Source of the DNA: an uncultured delta proteobacterium
GTDB taxonomy: Bacteria; Desulfobacterota; Syntrophia; Syntrophales; UBA5619
NCBI GenBank assembly: GCA_963817385.1
Contig: CAWFOM010000005.1
Location: 32,001-96,000 of the forward strand
DNA: 64,000 nucleotides
Direction: 5' to 3'
Every line of letters begins with the position of its first letter. Positions within the stretch are counted from its first letter, which is position 1. The notes beneath the pieces were generated by a model. The model worked only from the letters and a program-made list of their open reading frames with translations. It was not told the origin of the DNA and did not search any database. The position numbers were made by a program, and so were the translations under genes. Below are positions 49,040-60,474 of this stretch, one piece after another.

Positions 49040-50281
49040 TCAAAACACCAGATCTTCTTCGGCAATCGGACCGAGCGCCGCGACCGTCATGGCTTCCGGC
49101 CGGAACATCGCTCTGGCCAGGGAGCGGACCTCTTCCCGCTCGACCCCATCGATCCGTTCGATGATCTCCTCCGGCGTCACCTGCCGTCCGAAACAGATCT
49201 CGTTCTTGGCCAGTCCCGTCATCCGATTGTCCGTGCTTTCCATGCCGAGGAGGAAATTCCCTTTGAGCAGTTCCTTGGCCGACCGCAGTTCCGTTTCCGT
49301 CAGGAGTTCGGAGGAGAAGCGCTCCAGACCTTCCCGGACAAGCGCCAGAACCTCACGGACCCGCTCGCTGCCGGTCCCCGCGTAGATTCCAAACAGGCCG
49401 GTGTCCATGTACGAGGTCAGATAGGAATAGATCGCATAGGCAAGGCCCCTCTTTTCCCGGATCTCCTGAAACAGCCAGGAGCTCATGCTTCCCCCGAGAA
49501 CGGCGTTCAGAAGAAATCCCGCGTGCCGCTCGGGGCTGACCGCCGAAGGCGCCGGCGCACCGATGATGAGATGCACCTGTTCCAGTTCTTTCGGGAGAAC
49601 GGCCCGCCCCGGCCTTGCCGCCGGGGCTTCGGTCCGTTCGCACACGGATGAACCGGCGAGCGATCCGAAGGACCGCCGGACCAGATCTACGAATTGATGG
49701 TGTTTGAGATGCCCGGCCGCACTGATCACCAGACGATTCCCCTGGTAGCGGCTCTGAAAGAACTGGAGCAGATCGTTGCGACGAAAGGCCTCGATCCGTT
49801 CCCTCGTCCCCAGAATGGGAAGGCCGAGGGGATGATCCTGCCAGAACATCCCTTCGAAGAAGTCGTGGATATAGTCGTCGGGGGTATCCTCGACCATCCG
49901 GATCTCCTGGAGGATCACCGACCGCTCCCGGCCGATCTCCGTCTCGTCGAAGCGCGAAGAAGTAAAGATGTCGGCCAAGAGATCGACGGCCAGCTCCGCA
50001 TGGTAATCCGGGATCTTGATGTAAAAGGAGGTGAGCTCTTTCCCCGTCGCGGCGTTCATCACGCCGCCGACGGAATCGATGGCAGAGGCGATATCGAAGG
50101 CGGAGCGCCGCTCCGTCCCTTTGAACAGCATGTGCTCGATGAAATGGGCCGCCCCGTTGGTCAGTCCGTTTTCGTGGCGGGAACCGCCTTCCACCCAGGC
50201 CCCGATGGAGACCGACCGGACATGGTCGATCTCTTCGGATATGACCCGGATGCCGTTATCCAGAATGGTCTTATTGACCAT
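49040..50281 (-). CDS. M16 family zinc peptidase
   Basis: HFIEHMLFKGT (HxxEH), LGGSMSS.LFQEIREKRGLAY. Confidence 0.93.
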   Translation of the reverse strand: MVNKTILDNGIRVISEEIDHVRSVSIGAWVEGGSRHENGLTNGAAHFIEHMLFKGTERRSAFDIASAIDSVGGVMNAATGKELTSFYIKIPDYHAELAVDLLADIFTSSRFDETEIGRERSVILQEIRMVEDTPDDYIHDFFEGMFWQDHPLGLPILGTRERIEAFRRNDLLQFFQSRYQGNRLVISAAGHLKHHQFVDLVRRSFGSLAGSSVCERTEAPAARPGRAVLPKELEQVHLIIGAPAPSAVSPERHAGFLLNAVLGGSMSSWLFQEIREKRGLAYAIYSYLTSYMDTGLFGIYAGTGSERVREVLALVREGLERFSSELLTETELRSAKELLKGNFLLGMESTDNRMTGLAKNEICFGRQVTPEEIIERIDGVEREEVRSLARAMFRPEAMTVAALGPIAEEDLVF

Positions 50282-52391
50282 TTTCCCCCAGCGCTTCCTT
50301 CCTGCTGAGACGGATCTTTCCCTGCTTGTCCATCTCCAGCACCTTGACCATCACCTCGTCCCCCTCGCGGAGGACATCGGTGACCTTGTTCACCCGCTCC
50401 TTGGCGATCTGGGAGATGTGCAAAAGCCCTTCCGTCCCGGGCAGGATCTCGACGAAGGCGCCGAAATCGACAATCTTCTTGACCGTACCCTTGTAGATCT
50501 TCCCGACCTCGGCATCCTCGGTCAGCCACTTCACCATGGCCACGGCCCGGGCGGCGGCTTCCGCGTCGCTGGAGGCGATGGTCACCGTGCCGTCATCCTC
50601 CACGTTGATCTCGACACCCGTCTCCGCCACGATCTGGCGGATGTTCTTGCCGCCGGAACCGATCACGTCGCGCACCTTCTCCGGCCGCACCTTGACGGTG
50701 GTGATCCGCGGGGCATAGACGGAGATATCAGGGCGCGGCGCGGTAATGGTTTCGCGCAGCTTGCCGATGATGAAGATCCTCCCCTCCCGTGCCTGGTTGA
50801 GGGCCTTCCTCAGGATGTCTCCCGTCAGGTTATCGATCTTGATGTCCATCTGCATGGAGGTGACGCCCTTTTCGGTGCCGCAGACCTTGAAGTCCATGTC
50901 GCCCGCATGATCCTCGTCGCCGAGGATATCGGAGAGAATGACCACCTGATCGCCTTCCTTCAGGAGACCCATGGCAATCCCGGCGACGGTGTCCCGAATC
51001 GGCACCCCGGCATCCATCAGGGAAAGACATCCGCCGCAGACGGTGGCCATCGAAGAGGAACCGTTGGAAGACAGGATGTCGGAGACGACCCGGATGGTGT
51101 AGGGAAACGCCTCTTTCGGCGGCAGCACGGGGAGGAGCGCCCGTCTCGACAGACCGCCGTGGCCGATCTCCCGCCTTCCCGGGCTCCGGAGAGGCTTGGC
51201 CTCACCGACCGAGTAGGGAGGAAAATTGTAATGAAGCAGGAAGGAGCGTCGCTCCTCGCCGGCGATATAATCCATCCGCTGCTCGTCATGGGAGGTCCCC
51301 AGGGTCACGGTCACCAGGGCTTGCGTCTCGCCCCGGTTGAACAGCGCCGACCCGTGGGCGCGCGGGAGAATCCCGATCTCGGAGCTGATCGGGCGGATCT
51401 CCGTATTGGAACGGCCGTCGATTCTCCGGTTCTCCTTGAGAATCATCTCCCGGAGGATGCGCCTCTCCAAAGACTCGATGATCTCGAGAATTTTCGGCTT
51501 GAGCGAGGGATTTTCGGCCGTCAGCGTCTGAACGGCGCTTTTGCGGACCTGATCGAGCTTCGCATAGCGCTCCATCTTGCGCGCCATGCCATACCCTTCT
51601 TTGAGCCCCGGCAGGACCGTACCGGACACCTTCGCCACGAGGGTCTCGTCGACGGCCGGAATCTCCACGACCCGCTTGGTCTTGCCCGTTTCCTGGCGCA
51701 TGCGGTCCTGAAGATCGATCACCGGCCGCATCGCCTCGAGACCGAAGTTGATGGCATCGACGATTGTGTCCTCGTCGACCTCGTTCGACCCGCCTTCCAT
51801 CATGACGAGGTTCACGTCATACGCCCGCCCCTTCGTGCCGGGGACGATTTTCCGTCCCACCAGAAAGAGGTTGAGATCGCTTTTTTCTTGAACCTCCTGC
51901 GAAGGGTTGTAGACGAAAGCGCCATCCACACGACCGACACGGACACCGGCAATCGGTCCCTTGAAGGGGATGTCCGAGATCTCGAGCGCGGCGGACGCGG
52001 CCAGCATCGCCGCTACATCGGAGTCGTTCTCGTTGTCCACGGAAAGGACCGAGGCCATGAGCTGGGTTTCGTGAAAATAGTTCTTCGGAAACAGCGGGCG
52101 GATGGAGCGGTCGATGATTCGTGAGGTGAGGATCTCCTTTTCGTTGAGACGACCTTCCCTCTTGAAGAAACCGCCGGGAATCTTCCCCGCAGCATAGGTC
52201 ATTTCCTGATAGTCCACGGTTAGAGGCAGAAAATCGACTCCTTCCCGTATCGATTTGAGGGAAACGGCAGTCACCAGAACCACCGTGTCTCCGTATGTCG
52301 CCAGGACGGCGCCGTCCGCCTGCCCCGCTACATAGTCCGTCTTGAGGGAGATCTCCCTCCCCGCAAAATCTGCACTGAACAGTTTACTCAT
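50271..52391 (-). CDS. pnp: Polyribonucleotide nucleotidyltransferase
   Basis: FLPLTVDY, RREIGHG, SNGSSSM, GDMDFKV, KH and S1 domains. Confidence 0.97.
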   Translation of the reverse strand: MSKLFSADFAGREISLKTDYVAGQADGAVLATYGDTVVLVTAVSLKSIREGVDFLPLTVDYQEMTYAAGKIPGGFFKREGRLNEKEILTSRIIDRSIRPLFPKNYFHETQLMASVLSVDNENDSDVAAMLAASAALEISDIPFKGPIAGVRVGRVDGAFVYNPSQEVQEKSDLNLFLVGRKIVPGTKGRAYDVNLVMMEGGSNEVDEDTIVDAINFGLEAMRPVIDLQDRMRQETGKTKRVVEIPAVDETLVAKVSGTVLPGLKEGYGMARKMERYAKLDQVRKSAVQTLTAENPSLKPKILEIIESLERRILREMILKENRRIDGRSNTEIRPISSEIGILPRAHGSALFNRGETQALVTVTLGTSHDEQRMDYIAGEERRSFLLHYNFPPYSVGEAKPLRSPGRREIGHGGLSRRALLPVLPPKEAFPYTIRVVSDILSSNGSSSMATVCGGCLSLMDAGVPIRDTVAGIAMGLLKEGDQVVILSDILGDEDHAGDMDFKVCGTEKGVTSMQMDIKIDNLTGDILRKALNQAREGRIFIIGKLRETITAPRPDISVYAPRITTVKVRPEKVRDVIGSGGKNIRQIVAETGVEINVEDDGTVTIASSDAEAAARAVAMVKWLTEDAEVGKIYKGTVKKIVDFGAFVEILPGTEGLLHISQIAKERVNKVTDVLREGDEVMVKVLEMDKQGKIRLSRKEALGENGQ

Positions 52392-52531
52392 AGTTTCCTC
52401 TCAAATTTTTTGATTGACGGCACGGGATCTGAAAGGAGTAGGCAGTAGGCAGTAGGGAGCAGACGGAAAGGGCCTGCTTCTTACTCCTTACTTCCTACTC
52501 CTCAAAAGATACCCCGCACCCTGCGCTCAGA

Positions 52532-52798
52532 TCACTTCCTGAGCCCGAGACGCTGAATCACACTTCGGTAGCGTTCCACGTCCTTTTTCTTCACATAGTC
52601 CAGAAGCCTTCGCCGCTGGCCGACCAGCTTCAGGAGCCCTCTGCGGGAATGGTGATCCTTCTTGTGGGTCTTGAAGTGTTCCGTCAGATACTCTATCCTG
52701 GCGCTCAGGAGGGCAATCTGGACCTCCGGGGATCCCGTATCCTTCTCGTGTAACTGATAACTGTCGATGATTCCCTTTCTTTTTCCCACATCTAACAC
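52532..52798 (-). CDS. rpsO: 30S ribosomal protein S15
   Basis: [26 protein letters not shown] start chosen by RBS spacing. Confidence 0.97.
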   Translation of the reverse strand: MLDVGKRKGIIDSYQLHEKDTGSPEVQIALLSARIEYLTEHFKTHKKDHHSRRGLLKLVGQRRRLLDYVKKKDVERYRSVIQRLGLRK

Positions 52799-52848
52799 TG
52801 CTCTCATCCTCCCTTAAGTCAATGACGCAATTCTCAAGACATGTTGCC

Positions 52849-53781
52849 TCAGTCGTTGAATACCCGTAATATCCTGACCGCCTGTTTCATACCCTCCCCT
52901 GAAGCCAGATCGTCCGACGCACAGAGCATCCGGGCGACGGCCACCAAGTGTTTTTCTTCGAGGACAAACTTTACCACATCTCCCGCGGCAAGAAAAGGAA
53001 TATGATAACCGGCCAGGATCTCCTTCTCCGGCTGATATCCGTTCCGCAATCTTTTCGCCAGGGGCGGATCCACCGCAATAACAGCCAGCCCGGGCAGGAT
53101 CTCCGCCATCGGCACCAGATGCGCCGTGAAGAGTTCCCGCTTCCCCTCCTCCGTCATTCCTTCCGTCGCAAGAGCCGTCTCTTCGCCGAAGCACCCGCTG
53201 CGCGTCCGGCGCAGGGCGGACATGCACCCGCCGCACCCGAACTGCTCCCCCACTTCCGCACAGAGGGACCGGATGTAGGTGCCCTTGGAGCAGGAGAGGG
53301 TAAAGGTAACTTCAGGCAAATGCATCTCGTCGATCCGGATGCTGTATATCTCCACATCCCGCGGAAGCTGTTCAACCGCGATCCCCCGGCGCGTCCAGTC
53401 GTAAAGAGGTCTCCCCTTGAACTTTACCGCCGAATACAGGGGAGGCAACTGCTCGCGCCTTCCCGTCAGGCTCCTGAGGGCCTCCTCCACCTGCTTGCCG
53501 GTCACGTGGGGTTCATCCCGGGTAATGACACGGCCCTCCGCATCGAGAGTGTCGGTCCGCACCCCTAAGAGAAGGGTGGCACGGTACTCCTTGGTGTCGA
53601 GCGCGAGGAACTGCACCAGCTTCGTCGCCTCGCCCACGCAGACCGGAAGGACGCCGGTCGCCAGCGGATCCAGGGTCCCCGTGTGACCCGCCTTTCCGAT
53701 TCCGAGCGCCCGCTTGACCTCCTCCACGACATCACGGGACGTCCGGCCCGACGGCTTGTCAACGACAACGACCCCGTTCAT
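52849..53781 (-). CDS. truB: tRNA pseudouridine(55) synthase
   Basis: KAGHTGTLDPLATGVL, CSKGTYIRSL. Confidence 0.96.
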   Translation of the reverse strand: MNGVVVVDKPSGRTSRDVVEEVKRALGIGKAGHTGTLDPLATGVLPVCVGEATKLVQFLALDTKEYRATLLLGVRTDTLDAEGRVITRDEPHVTGKQVEEALRSLTGRREQLPPLYSAVKFKGRPLYDWTRRGIAVEQLPRDVEIYSIRIDEMHLPEVTFTLSCSKGTYIRSLCAEVGEQFGCGGCMSALRRTRSGCFGEETALATEGMTEEGKRELFTAHLVPMAEILPGLAVIAVDPPLAKRLRNGYQPEKEILAGYHIPFLAAGDVVKFVLEEKHLVAVARMLCASDDLASGEGMKQAVRILRVFND

Positions 53782-54737
53782 GACTCCACGGACGCCCTGA
53801 TCGCTTCGAGGACCCGCCGGTGGATATCGGCCAGATCTCCCTCGATCCTACAGGCGGCCGCGTTGATATGTCCGCCCCCTCCGAAGGTGCGGGCTACGCG
53901 TTCCACGTTGACGTTCCCCTTGGAACGCATGCTCAGTTTGAATCGCCCACCCGCGAGCTCCGAATAAAGAATGGAAATCGTGACGCCCCGGATGCTCCGG
54001 GGAAGGTCGACAAAGCCTTCCGTATGCTCCGGTAATGCCCCGGCAGCGGCAATCGCCTGCTCGGTCACGGTGAGCGATCCGACGCTTCCTCCCTCGTCGA
54101 TGGTCAGTGTCGGAAGGACAGCCGCGAGCAAGCGGATCTTGGCCGGCGAATTTGTCTCATAGACATTTTCCGATATCCACTGCGGGTCTGCGCCGTCGGC
54201 CACCAGACCCGCCGCGGCAAGGAGGGCTCCCCGGCTGGTGTTCCCGTAACGAAATCCCCCCGTATCGGTCAGGATGGCCGTATAGAGGCTGGTCGCCATC
54301 TCCCGGCTCACCGCCAGGCCCATGTGCGATATGAGCCGGCAGATCAATTCCCCCGTGGAGCTTGCCAGCGGATCGATTAGTGCGGTATCGCAGAAGCCCC
54401 CATTGGAGACGTGGTGATCGATGTTGATCATGTGGGGGACCGAAGCGATCCGCGCGGACTGACTTCCGACACGCTCCAGTTCGCTGCAATCGAGAACAAA
54501 TGCGACTTCACAGGATTCAAGGGGGGGCAGCTCATGGACGATCCGGTCGCTTGCGGGGAGAAATTGGTAATTCTCCGGCGTTCCATCCTGATTGTAGACG
54601 GTCGCCATCTTTCCCATCCGCACGAGCATATGATAAAGGGCCAGCTCCGAACCGAGGGCATCCCCGTCGAGCCGCTCGTGGGCCGTGATCAGAAAGATCC
54701 GGTGTCGGCCGATCAGGTCGCTAATCCGCTGGAGCAT
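53778..54737 (-). CDS. nrnA: DHH/DHHA1 oligoribonuclease / pAp phosphatase
   Basis: DGDALGS, IDHH, TDTGGF, GGGGH. Confidence 0.9.
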   Translation of the reverse strand: MLQRISDLIGRHRIFLITAHERLDGDALGSELALYHMLVRMGKMATVYNQDGTPENYQFLPASDRIVHELPPLESCEVAFVLDCSELERVGSQSARIASVPHMINIDHHVSNGGFCDTALIDPLASSTGELICRLISHMGLAVSREMATSLYTAILTDTGGFRYGNTSRGALLAAAGLVADGADPQWISENVYETNSPAKIRLLAAVLPTLTIDEGGSVGSLTVTEQAIAAAGALPEHTEGFVDLPRSIRGVTISILYSELAGGRFKLSMRSKGNVNVERVARTFGGGGHINAAACRIEGDLADIHRRVLEAIRASVES

Positions 54738-55092
54738 TCGTTTCCTCTTCCCGGTGAATCTCGATAAGCAGGGTGTCGATGCGGCTGCCATACGCAAAGG
54801 AGGGATCATAGGTAAAGATGATCTCGGGCACATGGCGGAGCTGGAGTCTGCGGCTCAGTTCCCGCCTCAGGAAACCCGCCGCTTTCCGGAGACCGGCCTG
54901 AACCTCCTCGCTGCATGCGTCCTTGCCCAATTCAACAAAAAAGACCCTCGCCGTCCGCAGATCATCGGTGACCTTCACCCCGGTAATCGTCACAGAACCG
55001 ACCCGCGGATCCCTGACTTGCTTGAGCAGGAGATCGGCGATTTCCATCTTGAGGAGATCCGCAACACGGTCCGCTCTCTTGAAACTACTCAT
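54721..55092 (-). CDS. rbfA: Ribosome-binding factor A
   Basis: RADRVAD, VRDPRV, LRHVPEIIF.YD. Confidence 0.95.
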   Translation of the reverse strand: MSSFKRADRVADLLKMEIADLLLKQVRDPRVGSVTITGVKVTDDLRTARVFFVELGKDACSEEVQAGLRKAAGFLRRELSRRLQLRHVPEIIFTYDPSFAYGSRIDTLLIEIHREEETNAPAD

Positions 55093-55125
55093 ACCGCTTC
55101 CATGAACAATTCGTAACACAAACCA

Positions 55126-55458
55126 TCACTCATATTTGCCTTCTTCTATATCATCTACATCCATCAAATCGTCAAAGCTCACAATCTCGATCCGGCTCCG
55201 GAGGATCTCCGCAAGCCCGAGCCGATCGATGAATCTCAGGATGTGATCCATCTTGGCATTGATATACTGCTTGTCGTTTCCCACGACACTGAAGCCGACT
55301 CTGGCCCGTCTCCAGAGGTCATTGTCGCCCACCTCCGCAATGGAGACGTTGAATTCATTCTGCGTCCGCCGGATGATCCGGCTCAAAACGCTGCGTTTCT
55401 CCTTCAGCGACCCGCTTTCGGGAATCAGGAGATTGACGAGGCCCGTTCCGACAACCAT
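55126..55458 (-). CDS. DUF503 (YlxP-like) protein
   Basis: SLKEKRSV, FNVSIAEV..NDLW; position between infB and rbfA. Confidence 0.9.
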   Translation of the reverse strand: MVVGTGLVNLLIPESGSLKEKRSVLSRIIRRTQNEFNVSIAEVGDNDLWRRARVGFSVVGNDKQYINAKMDHILRFIDRLGLAEILRSRIEIVSFDDLMDVDDIEEGKYE

Positions 55459-55468
55459 GGCATGCTAT

Positions 55469-58174
55469 TTACAGTTTCCGTTCGATCTGTTCCTTCACGT
55501 ACACCTCGATGACATCCCCCGCATGGATGTCGTTGAAACCCTCGATACCGATGCCGCACTCGAATCCGGCGGCCACCTCTTTCGCATCGTCCTTGAACCG
55601 CCTCAGGGAGGCGATCCGGCCTTCATAGACGACAACGCCGTCCCGAAGCAGCCTCAGAGACGCGCTCCGGGTGATCTTGCCGTCCGTCACATAACTCCCG
55701 GCAATGGCCCCCACCTTGGGAACGCGGAAAATCTCCCGGACCTCGGCGCGACCCTGGACTACCTCCTTGTAGATGGGCTCCAGGAGGCCCTCCATGGCGG
55801 CTCGTACATCGGCAATGACGTTGTAGATGATGTCGTAGAGCTTGATGTCCACCCCTTCCTGCTCGGCCACTTCCACCACGCGTGCATCCGGCCGGACATT
55901 GAACCCGATGATGACGGCGTTCGAGGCCGAAGCGAGCATGACGTCGGTTTCGGTGATGGTTCCGGTTGAGCTGTGGATGATCTTGAGTTTGATGTCATCG
56001 GTGGAGAGCTTGTTCAGGGCGTCGATCAGGGCCTCGATGGACCCCTGCACGTCAGCCTTGATGATGACGTTGAGTTCCTTGACCCCCTCTTTCATCTTCT
56101 GATAGAGTTGTTCAAGGGTGATCTTCGAGGTCGCGGAAAGCTCTCGCTCCCGTTCCTTTCTGATCCAGTATTCGCCGATGCCCCGGGCCTTCTTCTCATC
56201 CTCGACGCAGATAAATTCCGTGCTTACCTGCGGGACGCGGGAGAACCCGATCACCTCAACCGGCATGGAGGGGCCGGCCTCGCTGATCCGCCGCCCCTGG
56301 TCATTGATCATCGCCCGGACCCTGCCGAATTCCGTCTTGGAAACAAAGGCGTCCCCCTCCCGGAGAGTGCCCTCCTGAATCAGGACGGTCGCTACCGGAC
56401 CGCGGCCCCGATCCAGCTTCGCCTCGATGATCACCCCGCGGGCGGGCAGGCTGGGATCGGCCTTGAGCTCCATGACATCGGCCTGCAGGAGAATCATTTC
56501 CAACATCTCCCCGATCCCGATCTTCTTTTTCGCCGAGACCTCGCAGAAGATGGTCTCGCCACCCCATTCCTCGGACAGGAGGTTGTATTCGGTAAGGGCC
56601 TGCCGGATCTTCCCCGGATCGGCGCCGGGCTTGTCGATCTTGTTGATGGCTACGATGATGGGCACGCCGGCCACCCGCGCATGGTTGATCGCCTCCACCG
56701 TCTGCCCCATGACGCCGTCATCGGCGGCCACGACCAGGACCACGATGTCGGTCACCTTCGCCCCCCTGGCCCTCATGGCCGTGAAGGCCTCGTGACCCGG
56801 CGTATCGAGAAAGACGATATCCCTGCCTTTGATCTGCACATGGTAGGCGCCGATAGCCTGCGTAATCCCGCCCGCCTCGCCGTCGATCACATGGGTCTCG
56901 CGGATGGCATCGAGAAGGGATGTCTTTCCATGATCAACGTGCCCCATGATGGTCACAACCGGCGCCCTCGGCTTCAGGTTTTCCGGAGAGGGTTCGACCT
57001 TCGGGAGCGTTTCGTCCAATTCGTTCAGGGCAGGTTCCACCTGGTAGCCGAAATCGGTGGCGATGAGCGTCGCGGTATCGAAATCGATCGCCTGGTTGAT
57101 GGTCACCATCAGACCCATTGCAATGAGCTTATTGATTACCTCCCCGGCCTTGGTGCCCATCCTCTTGGCCAGTTCCCCGACCGTGATCGCTTCGGCGACC
57201 CTGATCCGTCTCTTGATCGCCTTCGGTGTGGTGATCTCGGTCTTTTTCATCTTGACCGGCGCGGCCTTCTTCTCTTCACGCCACTTGGAGGGCCTTTCCT
57301 CGCCGCGTTCCACCTCGATCCGCTTGCCCTTGCGGTCCAGCTTCTGGATCAGGGCCTTCTTGCGGGGCGCCACGGTTTCGCCCATAAGGACCTCGACGGG
57401 GGGTTTCCCTCCCTTTTTCTTCGGCTTCTCCGCTTCCGGTCTGCCGGTCTTTTCCGCCCGGGAGGGCATCTCGACATCCTTGACGATTTTCAGATCCGGC
57501 CTCCCGGTAAATGCTTTTCTCGGGAACGGCGGCGGCGAGGCCTGCTTCGGCGCCTCGGGCGACGCATGCGGTCTCCTCTGACCCTCCGCCTGGGAGGGCT
57601 TGATTTCCCGGTGTTCCGGAGGCCGGACGAGCGGTTTCTTCTCGGTAGCCGGCCCCTTCTGAACGGTCTCCGGAAGCGGCTTCTTCTCCGGTTCCGCTTT
57701 CCGCTCTGCGGTCGGTACTTCCGGCTTTACCGTATCGTCCTTCGTCGCCGGTTCTACCGGTTTTGTTGGTTGGGGAGCAGCTGCGACGGCAGGCCTATCC
57801 CGATAGATAGAGGTTCTCACGGGGGCTTCCTGGGGAACGGGCTCAGGGGCCGCTTCCTTCCGGACGACCTCGGCAAGCGGAGCTGCCGCGACCGGGGACT
57901 CTTCCTGAGGCGCCTTGGCGGTTTCTTCCGGTTTCGTCTCCTCGGTAGGGAGACGGACCGCCCTTCTCCGGATTACCGTGGATTTGATTCTCTGTTCAAC
58001 CATCTCTCGGGGTTCGGGAGAGAGAAGTTCCGACTGAATCCTCTCCAGATCACTATCCTCGAGCGTGCTCGAATGCGATCGTACTGCGATGCCGATTTTT
58101 TCCAATCGAGAGATCAGTTCCTTATTTTCCAGCCCCAAATCCTTGGCCAGTTCGTATACTCGTTTTTTCGACAT
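55469..58174 (-). CDS. infB: Translation initiation factor IF-2
   Basis: [24 protein letters not shown]. Confidence 0.97.
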   Translation of the reverse strand: MSKKRVYELAKDLGLENKELISRLEKIGIAVRSHSSTLEDSDLERIQSELLSPEPREMVEQRIKSTVIRRRAVRLPTEETKPEETAKAPQEESPVAAAPLAEVVRKEAAPEPVPQEAPVRTSIYRDRPAVAAAPQPTKPVEPATKDDTVKPEVPTAERKAEPEKKPLPETVQKGPATEKKPLVRPPEHREIKPSQAEGQRRPHASPEAPKQASPPPFPRKAFTGRPDLKIVKDVEMPSRAEKTGRPEAEKPKKKGGKPPVEVLMGETVAPRKKALIQKLDRKGKRIEVERGEERPSKWREEKKAAPVKMKKTEITTPKAIKRRIRVAEAITVGELAKRMGTKAGEVINKLIAMGLMVTINQAIDFDTATLIATDFGYQVEPALNELDETLPKVEPSPENLKPRAPVVTIMGHVDHGKTSLLDAIRETHVIDGEAGGITQAIGAYHVQIKGRDIVFLDTPGHEAFTAMRARGAKVTDIVVLVVAADDGVMGQTVEAINHARVAGVPIIVAINKIDKPGADPGKIRQALTEYNLLSEEWGGETIFCEVSAKKKIGIGEMLEMILLQADVMELKADPSLPARGVIIEAKLDRGRGPVATVLIQEGTLREGDAFVSKTEFGRVRAMINDQGRRISEAGPSMPVEVIGFSRVPQVSTEFICVEDEKKARGIGEYWIRKERERELSATSKITLEQLYQKMKEGVKELNVIIKADVQGSIEALIDALNKLSTDDIKLKIIHSSTGTITETDVMLASASNAVIIGFNVRPDARVVEVAEQEGVDIKLYDIIYNVIADVRAAMEGLLEPIYKEVVQGRAEVREIFRVPKVGAIAGSYVTDGKITRSASLRLLRDGVVVYEGRIASLRRFKDDAKEVAAGFECGIGIEGFNDIHAGDVIEVYVKEQIERKL

Positions 58175-58216
58175 GCCGAAAACTCTCCCCTACCGTGATA
58201 GTTGCACTGGGATATC

Positions 58217-59485
58217 CTAAGCGGGAACACCCTTTTCCTCGGCCACCTGCTCATCGACGATCTTTCCCGCCTCCGCGATCCACATCGCGGCGGTCTTCTC
58301 GCCCACTCCCGGGATGATCGCCAACTGCTCCGAATCGGCTGCGGCAAGCATGGCCAGGCTCTTGAGCCCCGCCTTGAACAGTCGATCCGCCGTGGCTTCG
58401 CCGATACCAGGGATCTTCATAAGATCCTTATGGCCGTCTTCCGCCTTCGCGGCCGCCGTCGACTCGCTCTTGACATCAATCTTCCAGCCGGTCAGTTTCA
58501 CGGCGAGTCTGACGTTCTGCCCGTTCTTTCCGATGGCCAGGGAGAGCTGATCGTCGGGCACGATCACCTCCATCGCCCGGTTCTCATCATCAACCAAAAC
58601 CCGGTTCACCTTGGCCGGGGAGAGCGCGCTGCAGACGTATTTGGCCTGATCCTCGGAATAGGGGACAATATCGATCTTCTCCCCCCGAAGCTCCTGGACC
58701 ACGCTCTGAACACGGGCGCCCCGCATGCCGACGCAGGCGCCCACCGGATCGATGTCCTTGTCCCGCGTCTTGACGGAGATCTTCGATCTTTTTCCCGCTT
58801 CCCGCGACACGTTGACAATCTCGATCAGCCCCTCGGATATCTCGGGGACCTCCACCTCGAAGAGGGCCTTGAGAAAACCGGGATGGGTCCGCGAGAGGAT
58901 GATCTGGGGCCCCTTCGTGATCTTCTTGACCTCGCAGATGAAGGCCCTGATCCTCTCTCCCCGCTTATAGGACTCCTTGAAGATCTGTTCGGAAATGGGG
59001 ATGATCCCTTCGGCACGGCCCAGGTTCACGATAATGTTGCCGCCCTCGAACCGCTGTACGAAGCCGTTGGCCAACTCCCCCTTCTTGACGTGGTACTCCT
59101 CGTAGATGTTATCCCGCTCCGCATCCTTCACACGCTGGATGATGATCTGCTTTGCCGTCTGCACGGCGATCCGCCCGAAGGTGCTCGTTTCGATCTTGAT
59201 GCCGAGGCTGTCACCCGGCTGCGCCTCCTCGTCGAGGGTGCGCCTCGCCTCCACTACGGAGATATGGAGATCGGGGTCGAGAACCTTCTCCATCACCGTC
59301 TTGAACTGGAAGACCTCAATCTCGCCGGCTTCTTCATTGTAATGGGCCTCCAGCTCGACGTCGGGTCCCAGCTTCTTGCGGGCCGCCGTCAGCATGGCAT
59401 CCTCCAGGGCCTTGACGATAATCTCCCTGTCTATTCCGCGATCCTTGCCCATCTGTTCGATCAGGCGTTTCAGTTCGGGAAACAT
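58217..59485 (-). CDS. nusA: Transcription factor NusA
   Basis: FGRIAVQTAKQ, DPVGACVG, AIGKNGQNVRLA, C-terminal HhH; GGAGG RBS before MFPEL. Confidence 0.96.
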   Translation of the reverse strand: MFPELKRLIEQMGKDRGIDREIIVKALEDAMLTAARKKLGPDVELEAHYNEEAGEIEVFQFKTVMEKVLDPDLHISVVEARRTLDEEAQPGDSLGIKIETSTFGRIAVQTAKQIIIQRVKDAERDNIYEEYHVKKGELANGFVQRFEGGNIIVNLGRAEGIIPISEQIFKESYKRGERIRAFICEVKKITKGPQIILSRTHPGFLKALFEVEVPEISEGLIEIVNVSREAGKRSKISVKTRDKDIDPVGACVGMRGARVQSVVQELRGEKIDIVPYSEDQAKYVCSALSPAKVNRVLVDDENRAMEVIVPDDQLSLAIGKNGQNVRLAVKLTGWKIDVKSESTAAAKAEDGHKDLMKIPGIGEATADRLFKAGLKSLAMLAAADSEQLAIIPGVGEKTAAMWIAEAGKIVDEQVAEEKGVPA

Positions 59486-59531
59486 GTAAAAACCTCCGTT
59501 ATCATTCGATGGGGATACTCCCCCGTCAAAA

Positions 59532-60011
59532 CTAAATCTGTTCCCTGTCATACTCTAAATTGGCCTTCACCACCGCCTCCCGGGGAATCCGGAAGGTCTT
59601 GCCATCGACATTCACGACGAGGACCTTCCCGCCGTCAGCATCCTCATAATCGATCAGCTCCCCGCGAAAATGGCGCCGTCCTTCGATCTTGCCCTCCAGG
59701 CGGAGGTTGATCCGCGCACCCCGATACTTCAGAAAATCCTTGTCGCGGTGGAGCGGCCGATCCAGACCCGGCGAGGAGACCTCCAGGGTGTAGGGGCCGG
59801 GAGGCACGTCGTGAACGTCAAGCAGGTCGCCGAGCTGGTTGCTGATGAGCGCGCAGTCATCCAGGGTCACCCCTCCCTCGTGACGATCCATGTAGATCCG
59901 CACCAACCAGCGCGCCTTCATCTTCAGGCATTCCACCTGAACCAACTCCATCCCCGCCGAAGCGAGGATCGATTCGGCCAGCTGCCAGATCTGCTCTTCA
60001 TGGGGCTGCAT
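59532..60011 (-). CDS. rimP: Ribosome maturation factor RimP
   Basis: GVTLDDC, YTLEVSSPGLDRPL. Confidence 0.95.
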   Translation of the reverse strand: MQPHEEQIWQLAESILASAGMELVQVECLKMKARWLVRIYMDRHEGGVTLDDCALISNQLGDLLDVHDVPPGPYTLEVSSPGLDRPLHRDKDFLKYRGARINLRLEGKIEGRRHFRGELIDYEDADGGKVLVVNVDGKTFRIPREAVVKANLEYDREQI

Positions 60012-60031
60012 GGAATCATCCCCTCCTCAAG

Positions 60032-60057
60032 AAAAAAAAAGTGGGCTTAAGCCCACT
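60032..60057 (-). promoter_or_regulatory. rimP-leader attenuator hairpin
   Basis: AGTGGGC-TTAA-GCCCAC followed by T9, directly upstream of the rimP RBS. Confidence 0.8.
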
Positions 60058-60326
60058 CATCAAAACCCGCCGATGATTTTCGCAGTCACTACCACAAAAA
60101 AAGACCGATTGCAAGGAAAAAAAGATGAGATTGTGACCGTTATTACCCGCCATGCCTGCCGGTAGGGAAAGACTTCCCTTCATCACGGGAATGGGTTCCA
60201 TAGCCGCCCGTCCATAACCAGCAGCGAAAAGTAAAACGCTTTTCCCCGCAAGATCATACCTCATGGGTTAGCGGATATGCTGAATGTCAGTAGTTCTTAA
60301 TTAACCTTGCAAGCAATTGAATTTAA

Positions 60327-60403
<77 letters not shown>

Positions 60404-60474
60404 TCGGCAAAACCGACAGCCCGTGATGCCCCCGTCGGAAATGGAGGCTCATCTTAATCAACAAGGCTATTTTG

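Noticed and set aside
50031..59710. Very long plus-strand ORFs (697, 741, 502 aa), and similar ones opposite glp, MATE, hisC and hisD
   Set aside because: Antisense shadows of well-recognised high-GC genes, with no motifs of their own.
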